DNA from: Sphaerodactylus townsendi
Taxonomy: Eukaryota
NCBI RefSeq assembly: GCF_021028975.2
Contig: NC_059425.1
Coordinates: 27,404,001-27,468,000, forward strand
Direction of reading: 5' to 3'
DNA length: 64,000 nucleotides
Shown here: piece after piece, positions 35,401 to 50,400 of the stretch
How the letters are laid out: each line of letters opens with the position of its first letter
How positions within the stretch are numbered: the stretch's first letter is position 1
Notes under the pieces: model-generated
The model's input: the letters and a program-made list of their open reading frames with translations, nothing else
The model's database searches: none
Told to the model about the DNA's origin: nothing
Made by a program: the position numbers and the translations under genes

Positions 35401-38400
35401 TGAATTACTTCATTTATAAATGCTTCATTTATAAATTCATTTATAAATTTATTGCTTCAATAAATGAAGCAATAAATATTGTTGATCAGCAGAGTTTATT
35501 GATAGGCATTGGAGCACCCAGCTGGACAAAGTCAGTTCTGGGGAACCTGGCTTTTGCTACCTGTTTTATTCCAATGTTAATCCCCCCTCCCATTTTCCCA
35601 AGGAATGTGAAAAAGAGTTAATTTGGAGCTAAGACGCCCCAAGGTCAGTGATTGACAGAGATAAAGCCACCTGACATCCTGCCCCCACAGGACAACAGAA
35701 ACAGTCCCTTTTCCCATGAGACAAAGTGTTAGGGGAAAGCCTAGTTATCTACTCAGCATGCGAAGCCATAAAGCAAAGATCAAGGAAAGAATGTCCCAGG
35801 ACGGCAGTGATAACATGTAGCAGGCTGGTTACATATATTGTGTAGCTATTACTTTGAGCTAGGAATGCATCTTAATCAACTAGATACAATCCCCCCTGAC
35901 ATTGTGCATCTCTTACAAACTTCCTCTTTTCAGTTTTGTTGTTGAGTCTCCGGAACTCTTGGTGGAAACTCCTCTCTCACGGCTTGTAGGCTGTGGGCTA
36001 GGCAAGAGATTGGTGGTAGTTGTGTGTGATTCCTTCTCTTACGAGATTTCTATTCTGGCATTTCTCTGAGGAACAGAGTAACAACAGGTGATAAACCCTG
36101 ACTTGCTACTGCAGGACGATGGTGTGGGAATGATGGATGACACTGAGATGGCGGAGTGGATATGCTGCTTATTGTGGGCAGAGGATTCCATTTAAGGGGT
36201 GGGGGGTGTTTCCAATTTAGCGGTGGAGCTATGGCTCAATGGGAGAGCTTCTGTATGCAGAAGATTTTCAGGTTCCAGCATCTCTAGTTGAAAAGGGCCA
36301 GCGGATGTTAAAGGTTCTGCTAAAGAGCTGCTGCTAGTCTGAGTGGATAATACTAAGTTTGATAGACCAATGGCATGCGTGGTGTCGTGGTTAAGAGCAG
36401 CTGGATTCTAATCTGGAGAACTGGGTTTGATTCCTCACTCCTCCACCTGAGTGGTGGAGGCTTATCTGGTGAACCAGATGTGTTTTCTCACTCCAACATT
36501 CCAGCAGGGCAACCTTGGCTAGTCACAGTTCTCTTAAGAACTTTCTCAGCCCCACCTACCTCACAAGGTGTCTGTTGTGGGGAGAGGAAGGGAAAGGAGT
36601 TTGTAAGCCACCTTGAGTCTCCTTACAGGAGAGAAAGGTGGGGTACAAATCCAAATTATTATTCTTCCTCCTCCTCTTCATCTTCTTCATCATATGGATT
36701 TTCAGTATTCATTTGTATGGAAAAACTCCATGCAAGTAGAAAGCTACCACAGCAGGGAGAACGTTTATCTTCCTATCCACGCACACTTTACTTGGGCTGC
36801 TGGTGTTCTGTTTCAGAAAGTTATCTATGTGGGGAAGCATTTTGTAATGTGACTCTTCACCTTCTGTTTGAGACAATAAGGCTGTTCTACCATAGAGTTG
36901 CCAATTCCAGCTTGGAAAATTATTACAGATTTGGGGATGGGGCCCGAGATGTGGTACTATAGAGCGCATCCTTCGAAGCTGCCATTTTCTATAGCGGAAG
37001 AGTTATTTGTACTCTGGAGATCCATTATATCCTGGGGAAACTCCATGCCTCACCAATAAGTTGGCAACATTGTTCTACCACCATGGCATTCTCCCACTTT
37101 GTCCTCTTATGTGAGTGAACTGGGCTCCTCATAAACCACTTGGTGAGTATTACACCAGAGCAGGAAATCTGAACTTTGATTTCTCAGTTCAAAAGCCGAC
37201 CTTTTCTAGCTGCTGCATGTTCTTCTGTAGGAAGCAATTTTTGTTTGTACAGTAACCACTTCTTTTTAAAGTACCAGCACAATATCGCCTCATATTTATA
37301 ACTGAGTGAAGATACCCTGGGTGAAAAAAAAACCCCTCACACTCTTTATCACCTGCCAGATATCAGCAGAAAGAGTTCCACAATTGTATATGAAAGTAAA
37401 ATTCTGTTCAAGGAGCATCCACATTTTTACATAAAAACCCACCCTAAACCTGGCTAAACCATGGATGTCTGCAAAAATGTGCCTGATCCTCTGATACTGA
37501 CTGACATAATTCTTGACAGAATTTTTATAAATGAAAATGAATAAAACAAAAAAGAAACCAAAATCAAATTATAGTTACAATTAGATCTAGAGACTGAGAA
37601 ACAAAACCATGTTACGTCTATTATATTATGTACCAATCAAAACACAGTTACTAATGACTGTACTTAATATGAATTCTAATAATCCAAAATATATTTTAAA
37701 ATTTATTAACAACTTGCTTCTAACTTTCTAAATTTTTTCTCAGCAGATAAAGATTATGATGAGATATTATTCTCATTTTTACAACATAATTAATAATGGA
37801 TCATTTGTCTATTTCTCTTTTAACCCCCATTTAGTCTAATGTATAATAAAGCGATCATCAAGGTTAATGAAAATTTATACCCATCATTTCAACAATATCC
37901 TTCATCTGCTATCATTCTTTTTGTGGGGGAGAGAAATAACGTAGATAATACACTTTCCACTTATCTTGAATGACTTTAATTGGTCGCTTATTCATAAAAT
38001 TTATTAATTTTACCACTGTTGCATATTCCATTAGTTTATTTTCCTGGTTCTCCTGGTTTGGACATTCTTCTACCTTACCTTTTGGGCAAGTATTGTTCTG
38101 TCTGCCATTATCAAATATTGAAAAGGTTCTTCTGAAAATTTTGGTATATTTTTCAGCAGTATACCTAATAACATTGTCTTAGTATCCATTGCAAATTTGA
38201 TTTATAAAATTTTCTGAATTTCTGCATGAATTTCCTTCCAAAAATTTTAAACTTTTCTGCATGTTTGTAGTTTATTTTAGTTTTACTGCTTCTCCAGTAG
38301 CAGCGCTGGGGAAATAAGTCGAGTTTTGACATCCCCAGTCTCTGTCACTGGAAATTTTCTAGCCACCCTTCCAGGTGGCCTCAGTGGGCATGGCTTATCT

Positions 38401-41400
38401 GCTTTCAAGCTTGTCTTTGCAGCCATGATGGTTAGAAACCTGTTCTGCTTTCTTTTTTAAATGAAGCTGGACTTCTCAGAAAGCTTAATTTGGCCCTAAT
38501 AGGACCTTCTAAGTTCTTTTTGTGCTCCTGTGTTATTGTGGCATAACCACAGATTCAAGTGTAGTAGGCCAGCGTTTGATGTGTTCTTCCTGGTGTTACT
38601 TAAGAGATGCTGTTCCAGCAGCCGAGTGTTTAGCCTGGCTGGCAGTCAGAGGCCTGTATGTTGTCCTGTCCTTCCTGCAGCATCAGACTGATAAATGAGC
38701 GCAAGCAAGACAAGGCGTAGCTTCTATAAACATGCAAATTCACCTGGAGATTTGCATGCTGTTGGGACTCAGCGGTGGGGGCTATCTCTCCTCTGGCCAG
38801 CATGGCATAATGGTTAAGAGCAGGTGGATTCTAATCTGGAGAACTGGGTTTGATTCCCCACTCCTTCACCTGAATGGCAGAGGCTTGTCTGGTGACCCAA
38901 ATGTGTTTCCGCACTCCTACATTCCAGCTGGGCGACCTTGGGCTAGTCAAAGTTCTGTCTGAACTCTCTCAGCCCAACCTACCTCACAAGGTGTCTGTTG
39001 TGGGGAGAGGAAGGGAAAGGAGTTTGTAAGCCACTTTGAGTCTCCTTACAGGAGAGAAGAGTAGGGTATAAATGCAAACTCTTCTTCTTCTGCAGTATCT
39101 CTGATGTTTGAGCTTCCTCTGAAATTGGATGCTGGTTTTTTTTTAACTTAATTCACATTTCACCTTTCTTCTCAATGGGGACCCAGGTTGGTTTATGTAA
39201 TTCTGATCTCCTCTATTTTATCCTCACAACAGCCCTGTGAGGGATTCTAGGCTGCAAATGTGTGACTAGCCCAAGACCATCTAGCAAACTTCCATGACCA
39301 GCGTGGGGATTTGAACCAGATGCTCGTCTGAGACTCTGACCACTACACCACACTGGCCAGTTATAAATCTGAACTCTTTCTTTGACTTGGGACAGAGCCT
39401 TTTTAAAGAAATCCAGTGCTGTGTGTTTTGGTTAGACTGTTGGACTAGTGAAACCTAGGTTCAAATCCTTGCTGAGCCATGAAGATGAGAGGGAGAGCTA
39501 ACCTACCTCGCATGGCAGAGGGAGGATGCAAGAGCCAGGGATGCTGCCTTGGGCTCCTTGGAAAAATGACATGCTGAAAAGCTGCAGGTAAATAAATGCC
39601 TTCTCCCTTTGCTTGTATAGCCTGGCGGGGCTGCCAGCATTTTAGCAGAGAGTAGCAGCAAACATAATATTTAAAAGCAGCAGACGATGAAACACAGATT
39701 ATCCCTGACTGCTGAGGTTGGCCTCCTTAACCCCTGGATTTTAATTATATTTGCTTGGTTGCTGTATAGGGCTTTTAAACATACATCACAGGGTGTGTCT
39801 AGCTCTCATGGTTGCAAAGATATGCTTGGGATTGTAGGGACAGCATGATTTTCAGTTGTTGGGGTGGCTTCTGGAATTGGAACGGATCACTCACTTTGGC
39901 TTCATTGTTATGGTGGCAGACATCACCTTGTCTCAATGTGGGGTTTGTTTGTTTGAGCACGGAGTACTCGGATCTATGGCTGCAAGCGGGAGGGTTGGCT
40001 GTGCCTGATGGAGAGAGGAAGCAGCAGGTTCTGATTGAATACTGAACTGAGGTTGGGGTTAGGAAAATGGCCTCTGCCTAGGATGACCATCGGCTTTTGA
40101 GCCACTTGTCAGATTCCCTCTTGGGTCTGAGTAGCCGCTTAAAACTTTCCCAACCCATCTGTAACTCCAGCCTGAATCCTACAAGGGATCCACTGTTGAT
40201 GGTGCATGTCTCTGTCCTTGCATCATCCACATACTTAGATTTGGTTCTGTTTGGTATTTTTGACATCATGCCAAGGAAGTTTTGCTATGGTCATGACATG
40301 ATGTCTGAGTTGGATAACTTGCAGTGGGCTGACAAACCAGGATCTGAAACCAGGGTGTGCAATGGCCAAAGGGGAGCAGATGTTGAAAATGAGAGCAGGT
40401 GATCACCTCTAAACCATAGTTCTGTGGTTCTAATCCTGGGGTCTCCAACCTATGGCCCTCCAGATGTTTGTGGACTATGATTTCCATCAGCCCTTGCCAA
40501 TGTGACCAATTGGCAGAGTTGATAGGAATCATCCATGAACATCTGGGGGGCCATAGGTTGGAGACCCCTGTTCTGAACCACACTTAGTGCAAACTGGTAT
40601 TTGGTGGGATGTCTGAATTGAACTGCTTCTGTGTTTGTCCTTTCCTGGGGCACTTCATTCTCCTAAGATAGATGGAGTACTGCTAGGGTGATCCACCCGT
40701 TGGTTTGGAGAGACTCAAGCATGAGATTGGTTGGACAATTCTTTGACATTCCTCCACATTGACTCTGTTTCTGTTAACTTCCGCCTAATGTAGCCTTGTG
40801 TGAGGGGCATCATGATTCATATGGTCTGTGTAAAAGGCAATGGGAAGAAAGTAGGTTAGTGGCTGCGGAGGGACCACCTAGTGACTTCTAGGATTTGGCC
40901 TTCGTCTGATTCAACTGAGCATGTTCTCTTCAGTTTGAACCTTCAATTCCACTGAAAAGCAATTAGTGATGACAGTTAATCTGTGTTAAATGATGCTGCA
41001 CATGCATTCCCATGTTTCAGTTTCAAACACCATGGAAGAATTTGAATCCCCGCTCTGCCAGGGAAGTTTGCTGGGTGATCTTGATCCATTCTAGTCTAAC
41101 TGACTTCAGATAAAATGAGGGAGAGAAGAATGATGTTGTAAGTTGCTTTAGGTCTCCACTGTTGAGAAAAGCATGGTATAAATATATAAATAAGTAAATC
41201 TGTCTTCCCTGCTGTATAGAGTTTGGCAGTTTGATGCATAATAACTTTTAGAGGTTTACGGGCAGAGTGGTGCAAGCCCGTCAGGTGGGGAGTTGAGGTA
41301 GGCCTGTTACTTTTGGGTCAGGATTTCCTGGGGCAGGAACTAGCTGCTTTTTTCCTGTCTCCCACAGATATTAATGCTGCTTCTTTCTTTTTCTAGATCT

Positions 41401-44400
41401 GCTACCACTGATCCTTCATCAAAACTGGGGTCTTCAGGGTAAGTGAAGCATCCTACTTCTTGCACTTCCCATTGATATCACAAAGCAAAGGAGTGATGTG
41501 GAAGACCTCTGCCGGAAATCCTGCAGAGCTATCGCCAGAGGCGTAGCTCCAAGGGGGAGGGGGGTCGCAACGCACCAGGCATGCGCCCCTGTGGGAGCAT
41601 GGCAAGGGTGGGGCGGGGCAGGATGGGGGTGTGGCCGGAGGACCCACCGGTACATTGGGTGCTTTCCCCCCTTGCTATGCCTCTGGCTGTCGCTAGTCAT
41701 AGGAGACAATATAGACCTTGATAGACCAGTAGCCCAACTCTGCACCAAGCAGATTAGTGAGTTCACCTGCCATGGTGTTGCTTGAAATATGGCCCTTCGT
41801 ATTTTTCTGATGCTGTATATATCTTTTTTTTTTTTAATTTAAAAACTGTTCATCATTTTTACTCATTCCTATGATTGAACTGTTCTGTGTTTTTAATGGT
41901 GCCGTTGCTTCCTTGATTTCTCTAGCAACAATGGGAAAGGTGGCATGTAGCTATTTTAATAAACATATTCTTGTGGGGTCGGAGTTCAGTATCTGTCTTG
42001 ACCAGAGTCCGTAGCTGATATGAAACATTATCTGTCGAATGAACAAGAAATGTGTTGTTTGGGTAGCTCTTAATAAAAATAACACCAGAGAGTATAACAT
42101 TAGCCAAAATTGGAATGGGCCCGCTGTCCCAATGATCATCCCATCTGAATTGTGACTTAGGGGCTATTTTGACCTCACTTAGGATATCAGCAGGTCTGCA
42201 TTTTGGATGCTGTGCATTGTTTGTGTGGGTGGAAGGATTTCTGTCCAAGCGGGCGCAATGTTCTTGCCTCCTTCACCTGCTCCAGTCCACAATACTCACA
42301 AAATGCAGCTCCCACCAGACTCTTTTCCCCCAGGAGCAGCATTTTAGCCAAGTGTCACTCTACCACACTCTATGAACAGAAATCCTTCTGTCTGCAAAAA
42401 CACCCTGTTGAGTCCAACTCTATATTGGGTTCAGCTCTATATTTGAATGCTATTACATGTTCTTTGTCCTGACCTGGATAGCCCCTGAGACAGGGGTGTC
42501 CAACTCTGGCGCTTCAGATGCTAATGGACTACAATTCCCATCAGCCCCTGCTGGCATGGCCAATTTGCTGATGGGAATTGTAGTCCATGAACATCTGAAG
42601 CACCAGAGTTGGACTCCCCTGCCCTGAGATCACCAGATCTCAGCAGGTCAGCAGAATCAACCCTTGTAATTATTTGGATGGGAGACCTCCAAGGAATACC
42701 GGGGTCACGATGTGGAGGCCGGCAATGGCAAATCACTTCTGAATATCTCTTGCCTTGAAAACCCTACAGGATTGCCATAGGTCAGCTGTGACTTGATGGC
42801 ACATTAAAAAAAAAATTTCTTCAGCCTAGTGCCTGGCTCCATGTGATTTTATTTGTGTCACTCTCTCTCCATGCATAAGCCATTTACTGACTATTGTTAC
42901 TCACGTGCTTAGGAGCACATTTAATCAGAGACACACCTCCATGTGAAATTGCCCCTCTCCCTGAACAGAGCCAAAAACTAGCCACAGAAATCTAGTGAGG
43001 AGAAGCAACCTGTCTACCACAGACCCCTCACTCTTAGAGATGCTGAGTCAGATTTTTAAGACTGATGAAAACAAATGTCAGGGAGGGAAATACTCTTTTG
43101 TAGTCCCCCAGATCTGATAAATATAGGCTGACCAGACGTCCCGCTTTTGGCGGGACCGTCCCGCCTTTAAACAACTTGTCCCGCGTCCCACGGATTCTTC
43201 AAATTGTCACAATTTTTGGGAGGCTGCTGCACTGCCTTCTGGGGTGCAAGGCAGTGCGGCAGCCTCCCATGCGCCCGGCCGCAGGAGCGCATGCGCACAC
43301 GGCCGCAGGAGCGCACGGCCTTCTGGGGCTTGCCGTTTCCCACCCTGTAACAGGGCGGGAAACAGCAAGCCCCAGAAGGCTGTGCGCTCCTGCGGCTGCG
43401 TGCACTGCCTTCTGGGGCTTGCCGTTTCCCGCCCTGCCACCTCCCCCGTCCCGGATCACAAAGGTGACCATCTGGTCACCTTAGATAAATACCATTTCAA
43501 AGCAATAGTGATCCTAGGCTGCATGCTGAAACACCACCACAAGGCACACAAGAAGTGAAGAGATATACAGAGAACTTTTAAATATTTGGGGGGAGGGGCA
43601 GTATTCAGGAATAAAGAAAATATTGGTAGGATGTTTTTGGATTAATCATGGAAATAGGATATAATCTTCTGAAAAACGGTAAGATTGTAGGTGATTTAAA
43701 AAGTAGAGTCCTATCAGGAAGGTCTGGAAATTTTGAGTTGTGTGGTCCTGAGGTAGGTCAGAAGCATGCTCTGTGAAAAGATTTTGTCTCCAGTTAGGTC
43801 ACCAGGTGGGACACAGAATAAAAAGAATCTTTTATTTCCAGACTTGTGGGGTTGGGGGGTGCAGAGGCTAGGGTTGGGTCCAAAGCATTCCACTGGAATA
43901 AATTTGGGCTGCTTCTAGAAGAGAAGGTGACCGGGGCACACTGAAAATGGGGTACGGAAGGTGAAAATGGGGTATGAACGGGGTAGGTTCAAAATACAGA
44001 CATGGCTTCTGGGTGAGGTAATTTAAAGGTAGTGTTGGCACCAAAGATTTGGAAATGGGTTTTTTTCATTTGTGGGTGGTAGCAAGGAGGCCTGTTACTT
44101 CATGCTGGGAATAAGTCTGACCCCTTCTTTGGAGTTTACGGGATCTTCTTTTGATGTTGAACCACATTTACTATAGAAGAAGAAGAGTTTGGATTTATAT
44201 TCCCCCTTTCTCTCCTTTAGGAGACTCAAAGGGGCTTACAATCTCCTTGCCCTTCCCCCCTCACAACAAACACTCTGTGAGGTGGATGGGGCTGAGAGAG
44301 CTCCGAGAAGCTGTGACTAGCCCAAGGTCACCCAGCTGGCATGTGTGGGAGTGTACAGGCTAATCTGAATTCCCCAGATAAGCCTCCACAACTCAAGTGG

Positions 44401-47400
44401 CAGAGCTGGGAATCAAACCCAGTTCCTCCAGATCAGAGTGCACCTGCTCTTAGCCACTGCTCTTAGCCACTACGCCACTGCTGCTCCCTTCCAAAGCAGC
44501 TGAATTAATCCATTGAGAGATGGTTTAGTTTGGTCGTCCTTTGGAATAGGAAATTCTAAAGCAATGTGTAGGTTTTTTAATATCTTTATTTAGATATTGA
44601 TACCCTCCCTTTTTTCCCCAGTGGGGACCCAAAATGGCTTCCAACAGTTGTAGGTTGCATAGTGAACTGTTTTGAGCTGAGAGCTGTATGTAACCAATAG
44701 TGGTGTTCTGTTGTTTTGCTTAGGCCTATCTTGTAGCAACCCTGTTTCCCCGAAAATAAGACCTACCCCGAAAATAAGCCCTAGCATGATTTTTGGGGAT
44801 TTTTGGAGGATGCTTGAAATATAAGCCCTACTCCAAAAATAAGCCCCAGTTACAGATTCCCCAGTACAGCTGATCTGGTCACTTGGGGGGCGCAAAATCA
44901 TGGAAAAAAATAAGACATCCTCTGAAAATAAACCCTAACGCGTCTTTTGGAGCAAAAATTAATATAAGACCCTGTCTTACTTTCGGGGAAACACGGAAGT
45001 TATCCCTTCATATCATTTTGGCTTTGTTGATCTCTTTCCTTACTATATCAGGTGGGCATTGTGATTTCGAGAATGTGTAAATACTGCAGAATCTCTGTCT
45101 CAGGAACTGGAACAGATTTGGCTGGGTCATAGAGCTTGAATGTTTGATGTGTTTAGGAGAGTAACTGGAGGTGTGTATAAAAGCTTGACAATCAGTAGGT
45201 TTCCGGTATAAGGTGGTTTTTACACTTCCATTATGTATTCATATAGTCGTGTGTTTTTTTGTGTGGATTAGTTCATAGTCAGGGTGATGGTGGGGTGGAT
45301 GTGGCTGGAGGCCTGGTGGAATTTCTCCAGTGCTTCTTTCCCATGTATCCAAATGTTGTCATCATCATAGAGTACAAGAGTGGTGTTAATTAATGAGAGC
45401 TGAGGAAGCTCTGTTCCAGGTTAGCTGTGAAAATGTTGGCGTATTGTGGTAACATGCAGGGCCCATGGTTGTGCCATTGATCTGAAGGAATAAATGTTTC
45501 CCAAATCTGAAGTAGTTGCATGGGAGGACAGACTGGCAGAACTCGGTATGAAGGTCGGCCTTGGTGTTGTCAGAGATGATATTGCTTGTCATACATCATT
45601 GTGGGGGATGTTGGTATATAGATTTATGGGAGCCAGTGGGTTGGGGAAGTCTGACTTGGGCATGGAAGGGGAATTCAAGAACTGGGAAGAATGCAGTGAA
45701 CCTGATGAATTTCTGATTTCAGACCAGTAGTATTGGGTAAATATGCCAGATAAACAATGGCTGTGTAGATTTTATGGCAGTTGTGAGGCTGAAACCTTGG
45801 ACATTAACGAGCAGAGCTAGAGAAATAACAGGCCCATCCAGCAACATTACAGTAGTGTAGGGAAGTAGACTTAAAACATTTGTAGTCTCTGCTAAGCTTC
45901 TCTGAGAGACAGAGAATGTTGCTACAGAAGGAGTCTAATGGGGCAGGCTGAGGAGTGGGAAGAGGTCCCAGAAATTGCAATTTAGCGAACCCGGAGACCA
46001 AAATGAGATCTACACAGTGGCAGTGAGAACTGAGGCACTTGAGAGGCTGGGCTTGGACTTCACAATTTGATTTAAACCTCCTGGCCAGTTTTCTGGCTGC
46101 AGGCTTCTAAGTTACCTGTGCTGCTGAAAAAAAATCCAAGTACTCCACATGTTGACCCTGGACACAGCTTTTAGAACTATAGTATTTATACACAGGGTCA
46201 CATTCCCTGTCCAGGAAGGCTCCGATAACTTATCTGCAGTAGTTATATGAACTGTGGATCCAGACATATGTATGCCTCTCCCTGTCGAGGGAATTCCCCA
46301 GTTGTGGGAGACTTTACCTCTCTCTCTCTCTAGGTACTTCCGCCCTGCATTTTTTAGTTAGGTGAAGGAATCCAGGTGATGAGGATGACACAGGAATCCC
46401 TTCTCCTGCCAAGGTGAAGACAAACAAATGGGTGGAGCCAAGGCAGGAGGGCTCTTCTTTAGGGCAACTGAAATGGTTCTTGCCAGTAATCGTGGGTTTT
46501 GGCTGTACTCTGCTGTGAATGTGACTTCAGTGTGAATTGTAAAATTTCCAAAATTGCCTCAAAGCAGGGATCGGGGAAATCCCCAGGACCGGGGAAGCAC
46601 TTGGCTTTCTGAAAAGCTGGTTGCTGGATTGTGGGCTGTGTTATATGAAGTGCATTATGTAAAGAACAGGGTGGGGGGAGCAGAAGGGAAGCAAAAGAGC
46701 TTTCATCAATGCCTCCCTCTTCCTGCTTAGACAAAGAGTTTCCAAGCCGTCTGTTTGGAGGGAAGATCCCTTTTTTTGCAAATCCCTATTAGGCTGACTG
46801 CGTTTCTAAAGGATGCAAGAAATGGAGAAAGCCTTATTTTGTTTTGCAGTTAGTTCTTGTCAAAGCAAACGAAGATGATCAAAAGGTCTTGGAATGCTGG
46901 AGGAGTAAATTATGAGCTCTGTGTTCCTCATAGCAAAAGGTCAGGATTCGAGTCTTGGGGGGTGTCCAGCCTTTTTCCACATACCCCAACCCCAAAGCAT
47001 TTTATTAAAGTCCTGGATGGGAGCTGTTTTGAACTGGGTGCCAGAAAAGACTCTCTTTGGATCCATTCTACTCTAAGGATTGGGGGGAGGGTGGGGTGGC
47101 AAAACACACCCTTTAACAGTAAGCATGGGAAGTTTCATTTTGGTTTCCTTGGTACATGAAGATGCTGCCTTTTCAGATCAGATGTTTCCTCGTCACACGT
47201 CATAACGTCTGGAGTAAATATGAGCCCCTGTAACTATTTTTTGAAGGGGGGGGGGAGGAACACTTCATCGTGTTGACTGGAATAGTTTTACCATCTATTG
47301 GCCTCCCCTTTCCCATCCCATTCTTTCCCTACATCTTAATGTAGGGGATTCTGGATTTTTTCCACTGTTGGGAATTTAATTTTTAGCAGAGGCGCCTTAG

Positions 47401-50400
47401 ATTTCTGGATGCTGGTTTTATTGCATTGTATTGTTTTATGACGGAAGCCGCCCTGAGCCCTCAAGGGGAAGGGTAGCCTACAAATGTTATTAATCATCAT
47501 CATTATGTTATTAATTAAATTATTAATTACTTTATAAATTATTAGTTATTAATATTTTATAATTAAATGTTATTACTCATCATCATTATCATCTCTGTGC
47601 AACCTAGGTTATCTCAAAAGCATGGAATCCAGTACAATTGTTACAGAGTTTGGCGTAGGACTCGGGAGATCCTGATAAAAAATCCTCTCCTAGGAAACTC
47701 ATTGGATGACTTGGAGCCATGTGTTCTAAATGGGCCTTACAGGGTTATTGTGAGGATTAAGTGGGCGAGTAGAGAACTGAGCTCTTGGGAATTTTCTACT
47801 CTGCTCCCTCTCTCAGACACACGCTTAAAAGTGAAGAATTGCCAAGTGTCCCTGGTTTTTGCTTGGATGGGATGATTTCTCACTGATAACAGTGTTGCTT
47901 CTCTTCTGCTTCCTGTCCAGAACCGGCCCCCAGCAATGCCCCTTTTGTGGAGATCATTGAACAACCCAAGCAGCGGGGCATGCGTTTCCGTTACCAGTGC
48001 GAAGGACGTTTGGCTGGCTCCATTCCTGGAGAACGCAGCACGGACACCACAAAGACTCATCCTACCATCAAGGTCTGCTCCGTGACATTTTTTGGGGAGG
48101 AAGTGTCCCTTGGGGATTGAGGATCATAGAATCATAGAGTTGAAAGAGACCACAAGGGCCATCAGGTCCAACCCCCTGCAATGTAGGAATATACAATCAG
48201 AGAACTCCTGTCAGATGGCCATCCAGCCTCTCTTTAAAAACCTCCAAAGCAGGAGACTCCACCATACTCCGAGGTAGTGAATTCCACTGTTGAACAGCCC
48301 GTACTGTCAGGAAGCTTTTCCTGATGTTTAGGTGGAATCTCTCTTCCTGTACCTTGAACCCATTACTCCTGGTCCCAGTTTCTGCAGCAGCAGAAAACAA
48401 GCTTGCTCCCTCACCAACATGACATTCCTTCAGACATCTAAATATGGCTATCATGTCACCTCTTGAACTTCACCAAACTAAACACACCCAGCTCCTTCAG
48501 TCTCTCCTCGTAGGGCATGGATTCCAGATCTTTTACCATTTTGGTTTGAATCCTAGCATCTGTTGCCAAGGCACTGTGAAGACAGGAGCAGAGAAGACTA
48601 GGCCTTCAAGAATCTTGTTTTATCTTATTTATTTAGAAGCTCTCTATGCTGCCTGTTCAGATACCTCTCTAGGCAGTGATCCGAAAGAAGCAATAAAACA
48701 ATAAATCAATGAAACCAACCCTGAAGCAGTAAAACCATCCACAAAACCAAAAGCCAGCAAAACCAAGTGCTCGAAGTAATCCTCTCAAGCATAAAAGCAA
48801 GCCATAAAACATCAAGGAGTGAAATCCACAGACCAAGATCATAAAAATTAACAAGTTAAAAAATGGAGTAAGCCTTCAGTTAAAAACCTGGGTGAACAGA
48901 AACGCTTTGGCATGATGTGTAAAAGGCCAGTAAAGCTGGCACGATATGAGGTGCTACCACTGACAGAGCCCTGTCTCTGGTGGTTGCCCACCTCTTCAGC
49001 TGTCTCTGGTGGTTGCCCACCTCTTCAGAGCCAGGCCTGGGAGGAAGACCTTAAGTGGCAGATTAACCATGTTGGAGGAGGCCATCCTTCAAGTTCCCAG
49101 ATCATAAGCCATTTACAGTGCCATCCGAAGCAGAGTTTACACCCTTCTAAGTCCACTGAGCTTGGAAGGATGTGTTGTGTTGGGATGGCTTTCATTTGTG
49201 TTTGGAAAAAGCCAGTAGAGATTTTTCAGCACAGGCAACATACGATTCCTCTGACCAGTCCTTGACAATAGCCTGCCACTTCTCAAATTAGTTTAAAGGA
49301 TAGTATTCAAGGACAGCCCCAAGTAACAGCACATTTTCTTTTCTTTTCTTTTCTTTTCTTTTATGTACACTGAGAGCATATGCACCGGAGACAAATTCCT
49401 TGTGTGTCCAATCACACTTGGCCAATAAAGATTCTATTCTATTCTATTCTATTCTATTATAACAATCTAGCTTAGATGTGATCAAAGTATTCATCATTGC
49501 CAAATCAACAGCAGGTGTTCAAGATTTCTGAAAGCCTCTGGTTCTGTTTGGCTGAGCGGATGTGACGACAAAGGAAGTGATTGGATGTTCCACTTCTCCA
49601 GGAATAAAAATGTTAGAATGTCTGCAGTCTACCTCTTGTGAGGTTGCCAGTTGGCTTGGATTAAAATGCCAGTTGGCTTGGATTAAAATGCCATGCTACT
49701 AACACAGGTGGCATTGAGAGACTGGCTAAGAATAGCCGGGTTCCAGGGAAAAGGCAAAGGAAGCAGGAAGCCCTGAAGCAACTTGGCTGAAGGGCTTGTG
49801 CAGTGCAGTAACAAACTGAGCTGCCGGAAAGATGAAGAAGTCTTGAGGGAAAGAGCTGAGGATTTGTGGAGCTAAAGCTATTTCTTACATTGACCTGAGT
49901 TAACCAGCAGTTTTTTAAGTTGTCACCTTCTAGTTGTTGGTTTTTATATTCGCCCTTCTGCTTGAAAATACTTCATTTTGCAAAGATCTACTCAACTGCC
50001 CAACATGTTGACCAAGCTGATAGTCCAGGGTTAGAATGACAATTGCTATGTCTTAACATACTCAGGAGTAACTACTGGATCCAAGATTTTTTAAAAAACT
50101 AGAATAGCAGAAAAGAGTTTGCAAAGCACCCATGTTGGCCACACCCACAGAGTCTGTAAGTTACGCAGGCAGCTGCCAGTCACAACGTTGCTCCTGCTAA
50201 CACCCACACGTTGACTATATATTGAAGGCACCTATCAGCAATGAGTGACGCCCTGATGATATCAGGCACCTTAAGCCCCATTTCCCCAAGTGCACACCCA
50301 GCACATTTGTTTTTCAAGCAGTGATCGTAGTCTCTCAACTGATATACCAAACACAATCTCTTGAAAGGTGAATCACTGGTACTGAGGAACGGGTTCAAAT

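Noticed and set aside
35562-35917. Possible minus-strand solo LTR (TG…CA, AATAAA near the end)
   Set aside because: No matching TSD found; boundaries unsupported
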